Shown here: positions 1 to 10,199 of the stretch, piece by piece | Numbering within the stretch: position 1 is the first letter of the stretch | Layout of the letters: every line of letters begins with the position of its first letter | Origin: an uncultured Bacteroidales bacterium | GTDB lineage: Bacteria; Bacteroidota; Bacteroidia; Bacteroidales; UBA932 | Assembly (NCBI GenBank): GCA_944325465.1 | Contig: CALVAE010000017.1 | Coordinates: 541-64,540, forward strand | Length of the DNA stretch: 64,000 nt | Direction of reading: 5' to 3' | Position numbers and translations under genes: made by a program | The notes under the pieces: generated by a model | Databases searched by the model: none | What the model saw: the letters and a program-made list of their open reading frames with translations, nothing else | What the model was told of the DNA's origin: nothing

Positions 1-41
1 AGCCCGCAGAATGCAATACAAAGTGCAAAAAACTTTTTCAT
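1..41 (-). CDS. 5' start of a secreted protein running off the window (partial)
   Basis: ATG at 41 on the minus strand reads MKKFFALCIAFCG, which looks like a signal peptide; it lies 40 nt downstream of the BACON gene. Confidence 0.5.
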   Translation of the reverse strand, partial: MKKFFALCIAFCG

Positions 42-81
42 AAACGGATAGTCATTTGTAGTCATCGGTGCGATTGTGGTT

Positions 82-1821
82 TTACATTTTCACGCACCTG
101 ACGGCAAGACCACGGTTGACGCGCTGGTCGCTTTCCCCGTAATCATAGGTCATGTATGCCCGGCTTGAACCGTCCCTGTCTTCCCAGACTTCCTCTTTCG
201 GAGTGGATGTCCAGTATTGCATCATCTTGCCTACATCACCTGTGAGCAGGCTCCATTCCCTTATCCCGTTGGACGGGAAAAAGACTTCCTCTCCGTCGAT
301 GACATATACTCTTGACCAGGATCCCTGCCCGTCCTCGAAGAGGAAAGGTTCCGTCTTGCTGCCTTCAACGCTCTGGAGTGCTGCGGTAAGATTGTTCATC
401 TGGTCCATGTTCGGTACCTTGTATCCGGCAGGGCAAGGGTCGTTGACCGTCTTCTGTGCATCTGACCACAATCTCTTGTCATCATTGGTGATGTAATCCT
501 TATGGGCGAACTGCCACGGATATCTGGTACTGTGTTCCGCACTCATCGGATGGAACTCGCTCTTCGAGAAGAAATCCGCCGCTTCCGGTTCTCCGCCTTC
601 TGCCGAAACGCTGTAACCGTCATCCATGAATCTGCCTGCATTGAATCTGCCCTTTATGGTGAAATTTCCGAAATCTCCGTTCTCTCTGGAATCCCTTACC
701 TTGAATTTCTCGTTACTTGGTCCCGGGAACGGGTCTTTCCTTCCCCACTGATAGTAGCATCCGAAAGATGACTGGTCAAGCCTGCTGTTGAAGTCAGCCA
801 CAGGAAGGTTGTCTGTCCAGGCCCCGATATTGCGGTCAAGCCATTTGTAGTCACCGATCTGGACGTCCTTGATTTCCCTGGTGTACCAGATGAGATAACT
901 CCACACGATTTCATCCGCTCCATTCGTCAGGACGATGATTCCGTATCCTCCTTTCAGCCTGTCTTCGGCAGCGCTTTCCTTTACGGTGAAAGTCACCCGT
1001 CCGTCAGAGTATGCAGGTTCCGTATCCGAGATAAGTCCGGCCTCCGTTTCGTAAAGCCATGTGGCCTTCACTGCATCGGTTACCAATGTCCCGTCCGGCT
1101 TTCCTGCAGGGATGCTGTATTCTCCCGGTCCTGCCACTACATAACAGTTGGAATACGAACAGGTCTGTTTTATATTGTACACGGCCTCTTCGTCACTGCA
1201 ACTGAAAGTGACCGTGGATGTGTTGTTGGTAACTACATCGGTATTGTCAATTGTGAGCGTAACCTCTGTCTCGCTTTCAGTACCGTCCTCTCCGCCTGTT
1301 TCAGGATTTGCGGAAATGCCTTCCGGAAGTTCCGCAGTCCATTTCCCGTTGGACTTTACAGTCAGCGTAACGGTCTGTGTCGGATTCACGAGCATGAAGG
1401 AGGACGCTTCGAAAGTGGCTCCGTTGCAGTCCAGACCGTCTTCTCCGGTGATTTCGATCCAAGTCTTCATCCTGTCCTGAGTGACGGTCACTTCTCTGGA
1501 AGAACCGCCGGACGTTACGGTAAGGGTGGCTTCGCGGCTTTGTGCAGGGTCGGGATTCTGTCCGCATTCGATTATGACCTTCTCCGTACTGTCTCCTGAA
1601 GTCTGGCTGACTGTAATCCAAGTACAGCCGCCCATATCCATTGTCCACGGATTATTGGAAGTGACTTTCAGTATCTGTTCCCCTCCCTCGTACCGGAAAT
1701 TGAGAGCGGCGACATCCACCGAGATGCCTTTCTCATAGACTTCCGGGACAATTTCGGTACATGCTCCCATGACTGCAGCCGATACAGCAGCCAGTAAGGA
1801 AAAATAATAAGTCTTTTTCAT
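82..1821 (-). CDS. BACON-domain surface lipoprotein with C-terminal Fib_succ_major/fimbrillin-tip-like domain
   Basis: Start MKKTYYF..VMGAC lipobox; BACON-like segments (VTSNNPW..SREATLTV..VTVTQ); C-terminal WLDRNIGA, YYQWGRKDPFP, DPCPAGYKVP and LAVRCVK motifs. Confidence 0.75.
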   Translation of the reverse strand: MKKTYYFSLLAAVSAAVMGACTEIVPEVYEKGISVDVAALNFRYEGGEQILKVTSNNPWTMDMGGCTWITVSQTSGDSTEKVIIECGQNPDPAQSREATLTVTSGGSSREVTVTQDRMKTWIEITGEDGLDCNGATFEASSFMLVNPTQTVTLTVKSNGKWTAELPEGISANPETGGEDGTESETEVTLTIDNTDVVTNNTSTVTFSCSDEEAVYNIKQTCSYSNCYVVAGPGEYSIPAGKPDGTLVTDAVKATWLYETEAGLISDTEPAYSDGRVTFTVKESAAEDRLKGGYGIIVLTNGADEIVWSYLIWYTREIKDVQIGDYKWLDRNIGAWTDNLPVADFNSRLDQSSFGCYYQWGRKDPFPGPSNEKFKVRDSRENGDFGNFTIKGRFNAGRFMDDGYSVSAEGGEPEAADFFSKSEFHPMSAEHSTRYPWQFAHKDYITNDDKRLWSDAQKTVNDPCPAGYKVPNMDQMNNLTAALQSVEGSKTEPFLFEDGQGSWSRVYVIDGEEVFFPSNGIREWSLLTGDVGKMMQYWTSTPKEEVWEDRDGSSRAYMTYDYGESDQRVNRGLAVRCVKM

Positions 1822-1906
1822 TGTCTCAGATGTGTTAAAATATCCTTGCACCTGTGACCGTATCATAGGATGAAATCTCCGAGACATCAGCAATGTCCTT
1901 GCCGTG

Positions 1907-1914
1907 CAAAGATA
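1907..1914 (-). promoter_or_regulatory. Bacteroidetes -7 promoter element (TATCTTTG) for the BACON gene
   Basis: Matches TAnnTTTG about 85 nt upstream of the start codon. Confidence 0.55.
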
Positions 1915-1961
1915 AGTATTTAATACCGGAATCCAAATTTTTCTTAAAAATTGTAATTTTA

Positions 1962-1995
1962 TTTGTTTATTTCAAGGGGTGGGTAACTATTTTTG
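1962..1995 (+). promoter_or_regulatory. Candidate -33/-7 promoter for susC (TTTG ... TATTTTTG)
   Basis: TTTG at 1962-1965 and TAnnTTTG at 1988-1995; spacing is 22 nt, slightly long. Confidence 0.45.
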
Positions 1996-2147
1996 TTGCG
2001 ATTTTGTTATAAATTGAAACCTGTGACAAGGACCGATTTCTCTTCGACTGCCGCTCGTGACCTTGCAGGACCTTCCTTGAAATTTTCAGGAGACTGCCGA
2101 TGGATTTCAGGACGGTTTTTTATTAACAACTTAAAGACGAATTATCT

Positions 2148-5100
2148 ATGCAAATAATCAGGACAGAAGGGTGGGCTTCTCCCAATCTTGGCGGGAAGGT
2201 TGCGCTTATCTGTATGTTCCTTTCATTCGTGTGCCTGAATGTATCTGCCCAGGATACCGGAATCACGCTTTCAGGTACAGTCATCTCTTCGGAAGACAAC
2301 CAGCCGGTAATCGGGGCTGCAGTCTATGTAGAAGGTACCCAAATCGGTACGACCACTGACCTTGACGGAAATTATACCCTTACGGTACCGTATGACACTA
2401 AGACAGTTACATTTTCATCCATAGGTTATCTCACCAAGCAGTTGAGGGTCGGGGACAACAATATAGTGTTCAAGGTGGTGTCAATGGACGAGTCCACCCA
2501 GACTCTCGAAGACGCCGTGGTAGTGGCATTCGGTACCACGCAGCGTAAGGAGACGATGATTTCATCCGTCGAATCGGTGAGCCCGGGCGTCCTCAAGACC
2601 CCGTCGAGCAACCTTTCGACTTCCTTTGCCGGCAACATTGCCGGAGTCATCGCCACCCAGTCATCCGGAGAACCGGGGGCGGACGGTGCAAGTTTCTGGA
2701 TCCGCGGTATATCAACGTTCGGAGCGAGCACCGAGCCGCTCTATATCCTTGACGGTGTGGAGATCAATGCGGAGATCCTGAACGGAATCCCGGCGGAGAG
2801 CATAGAGTCGTTTTCTGTCCTGAAAGACGCTTCTGCGACGGCACTTTACGGTTCCAGGGGAGCGAACGGTGTGATGATCATCACCACCAAGAGCGGCCGT
2901 GTGGCAGACAGGATGTCGGTGAACGTCAATTTCAATACGACAGTCACCATGCCGACGGCCATTCCGGAAATCGCAGATGGTGTCACATACATGAACAATT
3001 ACAATGAGGCACGTACCGGCCGCGGTGAGGTCCGCTATTTCTCCAATGACAAGATTGAGAGCACGGCGCAGGGTATCAATCCGTACATCTATCCGAACGT
3101 GGACTGGTACGACATGCTCTTCAAGGATATGGGTGTGGCAGAAAACCTGAACATCAATATCAGAGGCGGCGGCAACAGGGTGGACTATTTCCTCAATGCA
3201 TCCGTCAACAACGAAAGCGGTATGATAAACAATGTGGCCGATGCTCCGTTCAAGACGAATATCAATGCCCAGAAATACACCTTCCAGAGCAACGTTACCG
3301 CCAAGATAACGAGTACGACCGTGGCCAGCGTGAAACTGAATGCCCAGATGATATATTCATACAGGCCGCAGGCTTCATCTTCAGAACTTTTCTATTGGAG
3401 CATGCGGGCCAATCCGGTGTCGTTCGCTCCTGTCTATCCGTCCGGGTGGGTTGAAGGTGCCGACTACACTGTTTTCGGTAACGCCCCATCCTGGGACGGA
3501 GACACTACCGACATCAACCCCTATGCGGAACTGGCCAGGGGATATTCCAACAACTATACGAACTATACGACTGCTTCGCTCCGCATAGACCAGGACCTCA
3601 GGTTCATCACCAAAGGCCTCAAGATATGGGCGCAGGCTTCCTTCTACAACAAGGCATATTCAAGGAGGACCTATTCCAGGACTCCGCATTTCTACAGACT
3701 TGACGACTGGGATTATGACAATGTGGCCGGACAGTACACATACAGCCTGGTGGATATCGGAACCCCGGGTTCCGACTACATTTCCCTTTCCACAGGGCAG
3801 AACGGACTGCGCCAACTGACGGTACAGGCCAACCTGGAGTATAACCGGACATTCGGGAAACACACTGTCGGTGCCGTTCTCCTGTATCATCAGAAAGAGA
3901 CGGTCGACAACCAGCCGTCCAATTACTATGCATCCCTTCCTAAAATGGAGCAGGGGCTTGCAGGAAGACTGTCCTACGGTTACGATGACCGCTATCTCAT
4001 TGAGGCGAACTTCGGATACAACGGTTCGGAGAATTTCATAAGCGGACAGAGGTTCGGACTTTTCCCGTCTGTGGCTGCAGGGTGGATCGTATCCAACGAG
4101 AATTTCTGGAGCGGCATCAAGGACTGGTTCAATTTCTTCAAGGTAAGGTATTCTTTCGGTTATTCGGGTAACGACTATCTGGACCAGAGGTTCCCTTATG
4201 TGTCAGAAATGACGATGGGGACGGGTTCTTCCCCGCTTTCAGGCGGTTCATGGCCTGCTTTCGCGACTGGAAACAATTATGAAAGCAAACTGATGAACTA
4301 CCTTTCCACTCTCGGTAACGAGGATGCGACATGGGAGATAAGCCGCAAGCACGACCTGGGTGTGGAGTTCGGTCTTTTCGATGAACTGACTGTGATAGCC
4401 GATTTCTTCGAGGAGTACAGGAGCGGGATTTTCATGCAGAGGAACACTCTTCCGGCAACTGCCGGTTTCGAGGGGCTTGAACCTTACGGTAACCTCGGTG
4501 CGGTATTGAACCGCGGTGTCGACCTGTCGGTAGACTACCGCAAGATCATCGACCGCGACTGGTCGGTAACGGCAAGGGGAACCTTCACCTACGCCCATAA
4601 TGAAGTCGTGGAAAATGACGAGTCCCCTTACAAGCAGTATCCGTACACCTCCCAGATCGGCAAGCCTCTCAACACCGTATTCGGTCTGGTTGCCGAAGGC
4701 CTGTTCGAGTCAGAAGAAGACATAGCCAATTCTCCACGTCAGACCTATATGCCGGACTACATGCCGGGAGACATCAAGTACAAGGATCTGAACGGAGACG
4801 GAGTGATTGATGACAATGACCGTACCTACATAGGCTTTCCGGAAGTGCCGGAAATCATGTACGGATTCGGCGCGAGCCTCCAGTGGCGCAACCTTGACTT
4901 CTCGTTCTTCTTCCAGGGACGTGCCCGCGTATCCATCAACATGAAGAACATGCACCCGTTCAGGGACACGGGAAAGTCAGGTTTCGGCATGCTTGACTGG
5001 ATAGCACAGGACCATTGGTCAGAGGAGAACCCGAATCCGAATGCGGCCTATCCACGTCTTGACTATGACTGGAACTACAACAATACGGAATATTCCACTT

Positions 5101-5306
5101 TCTGGATCAAGGACGGAAGTTTCCTGAGACTGAAGAACCTGGAGATAGGCTATACCATCAAGGATTTTGCAAGGATCTACTGTTCAGGGACCAACCTGTT
5201 CATCATCTCGCCGTTCAAGTACTGGGATGCCGAGATGGGAAGCGGCAACGGTCTGTCATATCCGTTGCAGAGGACAGTGCAGTTGGGCGTACAGTTCAAT
5301 TTCTGA
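2148..5306 (+). CDS. susC: SusC/RagA TonB-dependent transporter
   Basis: CarboxypepD-like N-terminus, plug motif LKDASATALYGSRGANGVMIITTK, GDIKYKDLNGDG, C-terminal QFNF. Confidence 0.95.
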   Translation: MQIIRTEGWASPNLGGKVALICMFLSFVCLNVSAQDTGITLSGTVISSEDNQPVIGAAVYVEGTQIGTTTDLDGNYTLTVPYDTKTVTFSSIGYLTKQLRVGDNNIVFKVVSMDESTQTLEDAVVVAFGTTQRKETMISSVESVSPGVLKTPSSNLSTSFAGNIAGVIATQSSGEPGADGASFWIRGISTFGASTEPLYILDGVEINAEILNGIPAESIESFSVLKDASATALYGSRGANGVMIITTKSGRVADRMSVNVNFNTTVTMPTAIPEIADGVTYMNNYNEARTGRGEVRYFSNDKIESTAQGINPYIYPNVDWYDMLFKDMGVAENLNINIRGGGNRVDYFLNASVNNESGMINNVADAPFKTNINAQKYTFQSNVTAKITSTTVASVKLNAQMIYSYRPQASSSELFYWSMRANPVSFAPVYPSGWVEGADYTVFGNAPSWDGDTTDINPYAELARGYSNNYTNYTTASLRIDQDLRFITKGLKIWAQASFYNKAYSRRTYSRTPHFYRLDDWDYDNVAGQYTYSLVDIGTPGSDYISLSTGQNGLRQLTVQANLEYNRTFGKHTVGAVLLYHQKETVDNQPSNYYASLPKMEQGLAGRLSYGYDDRYLIEANFGYNGSENFISGQRFGLFPSVAAGWIVSNENFWSGIKDWFNFFKVRYSFGYSGNDYLDQRFPYVSEMTMGTGSSPLSGGSWPAFATGNNYESKLMNYLSTLGNEDATWEISRKHDLGVEFGLFDELTVIADFFEEYRSGIFMQRNTLPATAGFEGLEPYGNLGAVLNRGVDLSVDYRKIIDRDWSVTARGTFTYAHNEVVENDESPYKQYPYTSQIGKPLNTVFGLVAEGLFESEEDIANSPRQTYMPDYMPGDIKYKDLNGDGVIDDNDRTYIGFPEVPEIMYGFGASLQWRNLDFSFFFQGRARVSINMKNMHPFRDTGKSGFGMLDWIAQDHWSEENPNPNAAYPRLDYDWNYNNTEYSTFWIKDGSFLRLKNLEIGYTIKDFARIYCSGTNLFIISPFKYWDAEMGSGNGLSYPLQRTVQLGVQFNF

Positions 5307-5346
5307 GACCAGAGAAGAATAACAAAGAAAATATATTACAAAGACA

Positions 5347-7251
5347 ATGAAAAGCAAGATAATATCATTATTGTTCATGACAGCGGTAGCGTCCTCTTGC
5401 AGTTTTCTGGATGTGGTGCCGGAAAATACGGCAACGCTTGAGGACTCGTTTGCTTCGGAGATGCAGGCGGAACGTTTTCTGTACAGCATATATAACTTCA
5501 TCCCGAACAATACGACACACCGCTGGACTCCGGATCTCTGTGCTGGCGGGGATCTCATAACAGGCAGTAACGGAACGACACGATGGTTTCCGTACAAGAG
5601 CGTGCTGTATGGGGAAGAGAACCCGAACAACACATATTTCAACATGTGGGGAGGCGGGAGCATTCCGGCCGGAGGAAACAATTTCCAGTTGTACAATGGA
5701 ATCCGGTTTGCATATACTTTCCTCAACAACATCGACACCGTACCCGGGATGACCCAGTCCGCCAAGGATCAGATGAAGGGGGAGGCCTGGTTCCTGATAG
5801 GTTATCTTCACTGGACTCTGATGCAGTATTATGGCCCCATCGTGCTGATAACCCATGAAATATCCCTCAACGCGGATGAGTCTGAACTGATGCTGCCGCG
5901 GTCCTCATGGGACGAGTGCGCGCAGTTTGTGGCTGAGATCTTCGACAGGGCGGCTACGATGCTCCCTGCCCATGTGGACAACAACGATCTCGGCCGTGCC
6001 ACATCGGTAGCGGCCAAGGCCTACAAGGCAAGATGTCTGATCTATACCGCCAGTCCTCTGGTCAACGGCAACCAGGCATACGCATCGTTCCTGAACTATG
6101 ACGGAACCCCTCTTATCTCCACCGAATATGACAGGGAGAAATGGAATACGGCGATGCAGGCGGTAGAGGAAGCCATCAGACTGGCTGAAGACAACGGCTA
6201 CAGACTTTACGAATATGCCAATGCTTCCGGAGAGAGTGATCTCGAGCGTGGCAGGCAGAACTACTACAATTGCTTCATAGAAGAGGACTGGTCCTCGAAT
6301 ACGGAGTATATCTTTGCACTTGGGGCGCAGACTCCGTCCAACAATGCAATGCAGATGATCGCTCCTCCGCGCCAGTGGAATCCGGAGGAAGGGGACGGAT
6401 ATACAGCCGACGGTTTCAGGGAATACATGAATCCTACCCTGCAGATAGTGGAAGCCTTCCTGACAGACAAGGGCCTTCCGTTGTGGGCCGATCCCCGGAC
6501 GAAGGACGGCTATGCCGCCAACCGCCTGCTGACAGTGGGCGAAGATGAAGTGGCTGAACTGTGCAAGAACAGGGATCCCCGTTTCTACGCCACTATCGGC
6601 TATGACAGGGGTACATACACGTACAACAGTCAGGAGGACCTGACACTCAGGATGCGTGCCGGGGAGCAGCATGGATATACCGGAGACGTGACCCAGGAGT
6701 ACAGCGGCAGCTGCACCGGTTTCATGCTCCAGAAATTCATTTCCATAAATACCACCTACAATGAGGCGGACAAGTCCTTCTCCTTCGCCCAGTATCCATT
6801 CCCGTACCTGAGGCTTGCCGAACTGTATCTGGACTATGCGGAAGCGGATTTCGAATATGACGGACAATTGAGCGCACAGGGTCTTGAATACCTGAACAAG
6901 GTACGTAACCGTGCAGGGCTTCCGGATTTCGAGGATGCATGGGCCGAGGCTGGCGGAATGCCGTCCGGAGAAGACATGAGACGGGCCCTTCATCAGGAGA
7001 ATATGTCCGAACTGGCATGCGAAGCCCGTCTGTATCACAACCTGCGCCGGTGGAACATCGCACAGGACTGGCTCGGGGAAGTGCCGGATGTCCTCAACAT
7101 ACAGGGCGAGACTCCGGAGGAATACAACACCATCGCCAAGATGCGTGAGAGCGGTACCCGTATCTTCGAATATCCGAAGTCGGTATGGCTTGCCATCCCT
7201 CTTTCGGAACTGGAGGTCAACTTCCGTCTCGTGCAGAATCCCGGTTATTGA
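5347..7251 (+). CDS. susD: SusD/RagB nutrient-binding lipoprotein
   Basis: Lipobox ASSC-SFLDVVP, GEAWFL, GRATSVAAKAYKAR, LRLAELYLDYAE, QNPGY terminus. Confidence 0.95.
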   Translation: MKSKIISLLFMTAVASSCSFLDVVPENTATLEDSFASEMQAERFLYSIYNFIPNNTTHRWTPDLCAGGDLITGSNGTTRWFPYKSVLYGEENPNNTYFNMWGGGSIPAGGNNFQLYNGIRFAYTFLNNIDTVPGMTQSAKDQMKGEAWFLIGYLHWTLMQYYGPIVLITHEISLNADESELMLPRSSWDECAQFVAEIFDRAATMLPAHVDNNDLGRATSVAAKAYKARCLIYTASPLVNGNQAYASFLNYDGTPLISTEYDREKWNTAMQAVEEAIRLAEDNGYRLYEYANASGESDLERGRQNYYNCFIEEDWSSNTEYIFALGAQTPSNNAMQMIAPPRQWNPEEGDGYTADGFREYMNPTLQIVEAFLTDKGLPLWADPRTKDGYAANRLLTVGEDEVAELCKNRDPRFYATIGYDRGTYTYNSQEDLTLRMRAGEQHGYTGDVTQEYSGSCTGFMLQKFISINTTYNEADKSFSFAQYPFPYLRLAELYLDYAEADFEYDGQLSAQGLEYLNKVRNRAGLPDFEDAWAEAGGMPSGEDMRRALHQENMSELACEARLYHNLRRWNIAQDWLGEVPDVLNIQGETPEEYNTIAKMRESGTRIFEYPKSVWLAIPLSELEVNFRLVQNPGY

Positions 7252-7262
7252 TAACAATAAAA

Positions 7263-7787
7263 ATGAATCAGATGAAAATGACAAGAATAATCTTCTGTGC
7301 GGTTGCTGCTGTCTGCATGTCAGTGCTTGCCGGATGTTCCAAGCAGCAGTACAGACTGTATGAGGACAATATAGAGTCCAAGGTATATTTCGTCCAGGCG
7401 GCGACCGATCCTGTACTGACAGTGTCCGCCGATGATCTTGACGGGTCAGGCTATGTGAATCTGTGCATCTATAATGCTGGGAACAACAGTGACAATATCA
7501 CAGTAAGGGTAGAGGCGGACGAAAACGCCTGCCGCATATACAATATCGAACAGGATATGGACTGCCAGGTGCTTCCTCAGGAATACTGGTCGCTGCCGCA
7601 GCCTGAAATCGTTATGGATACACAGGAAAACAACCAGGTCTACATGCCTCTTGAACTGAAGATAGATTCTTTCAGGGCGGACGGTCTGGACCCGGATGAC
7701 TATGTCCTTCCGCTTACTCTCTTTACCGGGAGTACACGGAACGTGACGTTCGACTATAAGACGGTATATGTCAGACTGGCACTTTAA
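7263..7787 (+). CDS. DUF1735 (BT_3987-like) lipoprotein
   Basis: Lipobox LAGC; 'YNIEQ..QVLPQEYW' and 'YVLPLTL' are DUF1735-type motifs; directly follows susD. The start could also be 7272 or 7278. Confidence 0.7.
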   Translation: MNQMKMTRIIFCAVAAVCMSVLAGCSKQQYRLYEDNIESKVYFVQAATDPVLTVSADDLDGSGYVNLCIYNAGNNSDNITVRVEADENACRIYNIEQDMDCQVLPQEYWSLPQPEIVMDTQENNQVYMPLELKIDSFRADGLDPDDYVLPLTLFTGSTRNVTFDYKTVYVRLAL

Positions 7788-7799
7788 AAGTATATTTGA

Positions 7800-9401
7800 A
7801 TGAAAAGGATTTTTGGTATTATCATGCTGCTGGTCATCTCCGTATCCTGCGGGGAAAGCAAGAACAACGGATCAACAGGGAATTCCGGTAACGGAGGTGC
7901 GGTGCCGGAAGTGGATTTAGATGTGCCGGACAAGGACGGAATGACAGTCAAGGGAGTGGTTTGGGACAGTTCCACCGGCAGGGCGATGCCGGATGTGGTG
8001 GTGAGTGACGGACGTCTCTGCACCCTTACCGACGAGAATGGAAGATACTGGCTTGCCACGGATCTGAAGACCCAGAGGTTCGTGTTCGTGTCGGTTCCCT
8101 CCGGTTACGAGATTCCTGTCAGCAGGTCTTCATACTGCTTCAACGGGTATGAGACACTTGATCTGGAGACAGAAGAGGTGCAGCAGTTCAATTTTCCTCT
8201 CACGCCTCTTTCCGGTTCGTCGGACCGTTATCAGGTACTGTTCTGCGGAGACCCTCAGATCAGTACGGCACAGTCCGGATCCCATGCCGCATACGAGGAT
8301 GTGGTCAATTCCCTGATAAAATACAAGGATGAGACTGATCTTCCCCTGTATATCATCAATCTCGGGGACGTGACTTTCGACGATGCCGACGAGAATGCCA
8401 CTGTCAAGCAGTATCTCGGCAGAATCGGTATCCCGACCATGAACATTCCCGGCAACCACGATCAGTTCTGCGCCCAGAATACGAATTATCCGCCGATTGT
8501 GGATGATTTCTATTCACCGGATTACAGGGCTACCGCATATTATTGCCGTGATTTCGGACCGAACAACTATTCCTTGAATATCGGCAAGATCCACTATCTT
8601 TTCCTGGACAATATCTTCTGGTATGATAATTACTGGGAAAAGGTCCAGGACTGTTTTGATGAGGAGGTCCTCAGTTTCATTGAGAATGACCTTAAATATG
8701 TGGATAAGGGCACACCTCTGATGATAATGACACATTCTCCGAGCGCGAATGACGTTGTGAACAGTAATTTCCGGGAATGGATGCTCAACTATGACAGGTA
8801 CCTGGATCTTCTTGCAGGATACGATGTCCTGAACTGGTCGGGCCATCTGCATATCAGCGGCCATTATGTCTATACCGATGAGGACATGGCCAGGGTCGGC
8901 TGCGAGGCTCCAAGTATGGAGTCACATGTAGTGGCAAGATGTGCCGGAGCCTTGTATATAGATTGCGAGATCAACTCGGACGGGGTTCCGAGGGGATTCA
9001 TAGTCATGGATGTGGACGGCAAGAATACTTCATGGACGTTCAAGAGGACGAGGATATGGGATAACGGGAATGACCAGATGCAACTTTATACTCCGTCGGA
9101 TACGGAGGACGGATATGTGTATGCCAACGTATTCCTTTGGGACAATCTCTGGGGAACTCCCCAGTGGTACGAGAACGGAGAGTTGAAAGGTCAGATGCAA
9201 CTCTACACTGAAAAGGATCCGATGTACGAGAAGGAGTACAACAAGTACATTGCAGGTGGAGGCGGTGGTGATGTAGGCAAGCCGGGCCCTCACGACACCA
9301 GACATCTGTTCCGTATCCGTCCTTCTGACGGATGTACTTCCGGTGAGGTCCGCGTGACCGACCGGTTCGGCAACGAGTGGACGCAGACCTGTACCTGGTA
9401 G
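7800..9401 (+). CDS. Calcineurin-like metallophosphoesterase lipoprotein (MetallophosN/Metallophos/MetallophosC)
   Basis: Lipobox SVSC; VVVSDG..TDENGRY N-domain; GDPQ, GDVTFD, GNHD, HSP, GHLH motifs; YANVFLWD..HLF..VTDRFG C-domain. Confidence 0.88.
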   Translation: MKRIFGIIMLLVISVSCGESKNNGSTGNSGNGGAVPEVDLDVPDKDGMTVKGVVWDSSTGRAMPDVVVSDGRLCTLTDENGRYWLATDLKTQRFVFVSVPSGYEIPVSRSSYCFNGYETLDLETEEVQQFNFPLTPLSGSSDRYQVLFCGDPQISTAQSGSHAAYEDVVNSLIKYKDETDLPLYIINLGDVTFDDADENATVKQYLGRIGIPTMNIPGNHDQFCAQNTNYPPIVDDFYSPDYRATAYYCRDFGPNNYSLNIGKIHYLFLDNIFWYDNYWEKVQDCFDEEVLSFIENDLKYVDKGTPLMIMTHSPSANDVVNSNFREWMLNYDRYLDLLAGYDVLNWSGHLHISGHYVYTDEDMARVGCEAPSMESHVVARCAGALYIDCEINSDGVPRGFIVMDVDGKNTSWTFKRTRIWDNGNDQMQLYTPSDTEDGYVYANVFLWDNLWGTPQWYENGELKGQMQLYTEKDPMYEKEYNKYIAGGGGGDVGKPGPHDTRHLFRIRPSDGCTSGEVRVTDRFGNEWTQTCTW

Positions 9402-9424
9402 TCTGATTTGTCCGTTCTAAAATA

Positions 9425-9463
9425 AAAATCCTCCCGGATCCGGATGGAATTCGGGAGGATTTT
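9425..9463 (+). terminator. Intrinsic terminator hairpin after the susC operon
   Basis: aaaatcctcccg ... cgggaggatttt 12-bp inverted repeat. Confidence 0.7.
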
Positions 9464-9570
9464 GTATCTTTACAGGATCGGGCTGCCGGGCTGTCCTGTA
9501 TCGCTCCGGAGATATGCGGACGGATGATGTGGCAGAAGGGAATCTGTTCTTGATATTATCAGTAAAGGTT

Positions 9571-10014
9571 ATGTTGAAAGAAGGTGACAGAATGCCGGAA
9601 TTCCAGGTTCAGGACCAGGACGGCAATACGGTTACGGACAAGAATCTTGCAGGGAAAAGGGTCGTGCTTTATTTCTATCCGAAAGACAGTACACCCGGAT
9701 GTACGGCTGAAGCGTGCAACCTGCGTGACAATTTCGATGCGTTGGAATCTGCCGGCTATGAGGTGTACGGAGTGAGCAAGGACAGTGTATCTTCGCATAC
9801 AAGGTTCAAGGAGAAGAATTCCCTGCCGTTCACTCTTCTGTCTGATCCTTCAACGGAAATGCTGCGGGCTTTCGGTGCATGGGGAGAAAAGAAGATGTAC
9901 GGAAAGGTCACGGAAGGGACTCTGCGCAAGACGTTCATTATTTCGGAGGACGGGGTGGTGGAACGGATAATAGACAAGGTGGATACGAAGAACCACGCGG
10001 CCCAGATTCTCTGA
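9571..10014 (+). CDS. bcp: Thioredoxin-dependent peroxiredoxin BCP
   Basis: LYFYPKDSTPGCTAEAC motif; likely start MLKEGD at 9571. Confidence 0.93.
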   Translation: MLKEGDRMPEFQVQDQDGNTVTDKNLAGKRVVLYFYPKDSTPGCTAEACNLRDNFDALESAGYEVYGVSKDSVSSHTRFKEKNSLPFTLLSDPSTEMLRAFGAWGEKKMYGKVTEGTLRKTFIISEDGVVERIIDKVDTKNHAAQIL

Positions 10015-10117
10015 GGAATAAAACATGGATCACCGGCCTGTGTCTCTTGCAGGAAAAGAAGTCTCGCCCTGACCTTATCGGGCGCTGGTGTAATATCTAT
10101 TCGGGCATTTGCCGCAT

Positions 10118-10199
10118 TGTCCTTCCGAGTGCTTGCTACATTGTCATTCTGAGCGATTTTTCTGTCATTCTAAGGGAGCGTCAGCGAAGAATCTGGTGC
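10118..10199. repeat. REP-like repeat (left half plus degenerate tandem copies)
   Basis: tgtccttccgag / tgtcattctgagcg / tgtcattctaag..agcgaagaatctgg; shares sequence with 46091-46120. Confidence 0.65.

Noticed and set aside
2020-2110. Cobalamin or TPP riboswitch upstream of susC
   Set aside because: The conserved B12-box and TPP core motifs were not recognisable
1900-2147. Invertible (phase-variable) promoter between the divergent genes
   Set aside because: No flanking inverted repeats of convincing length and no nearby recombinase
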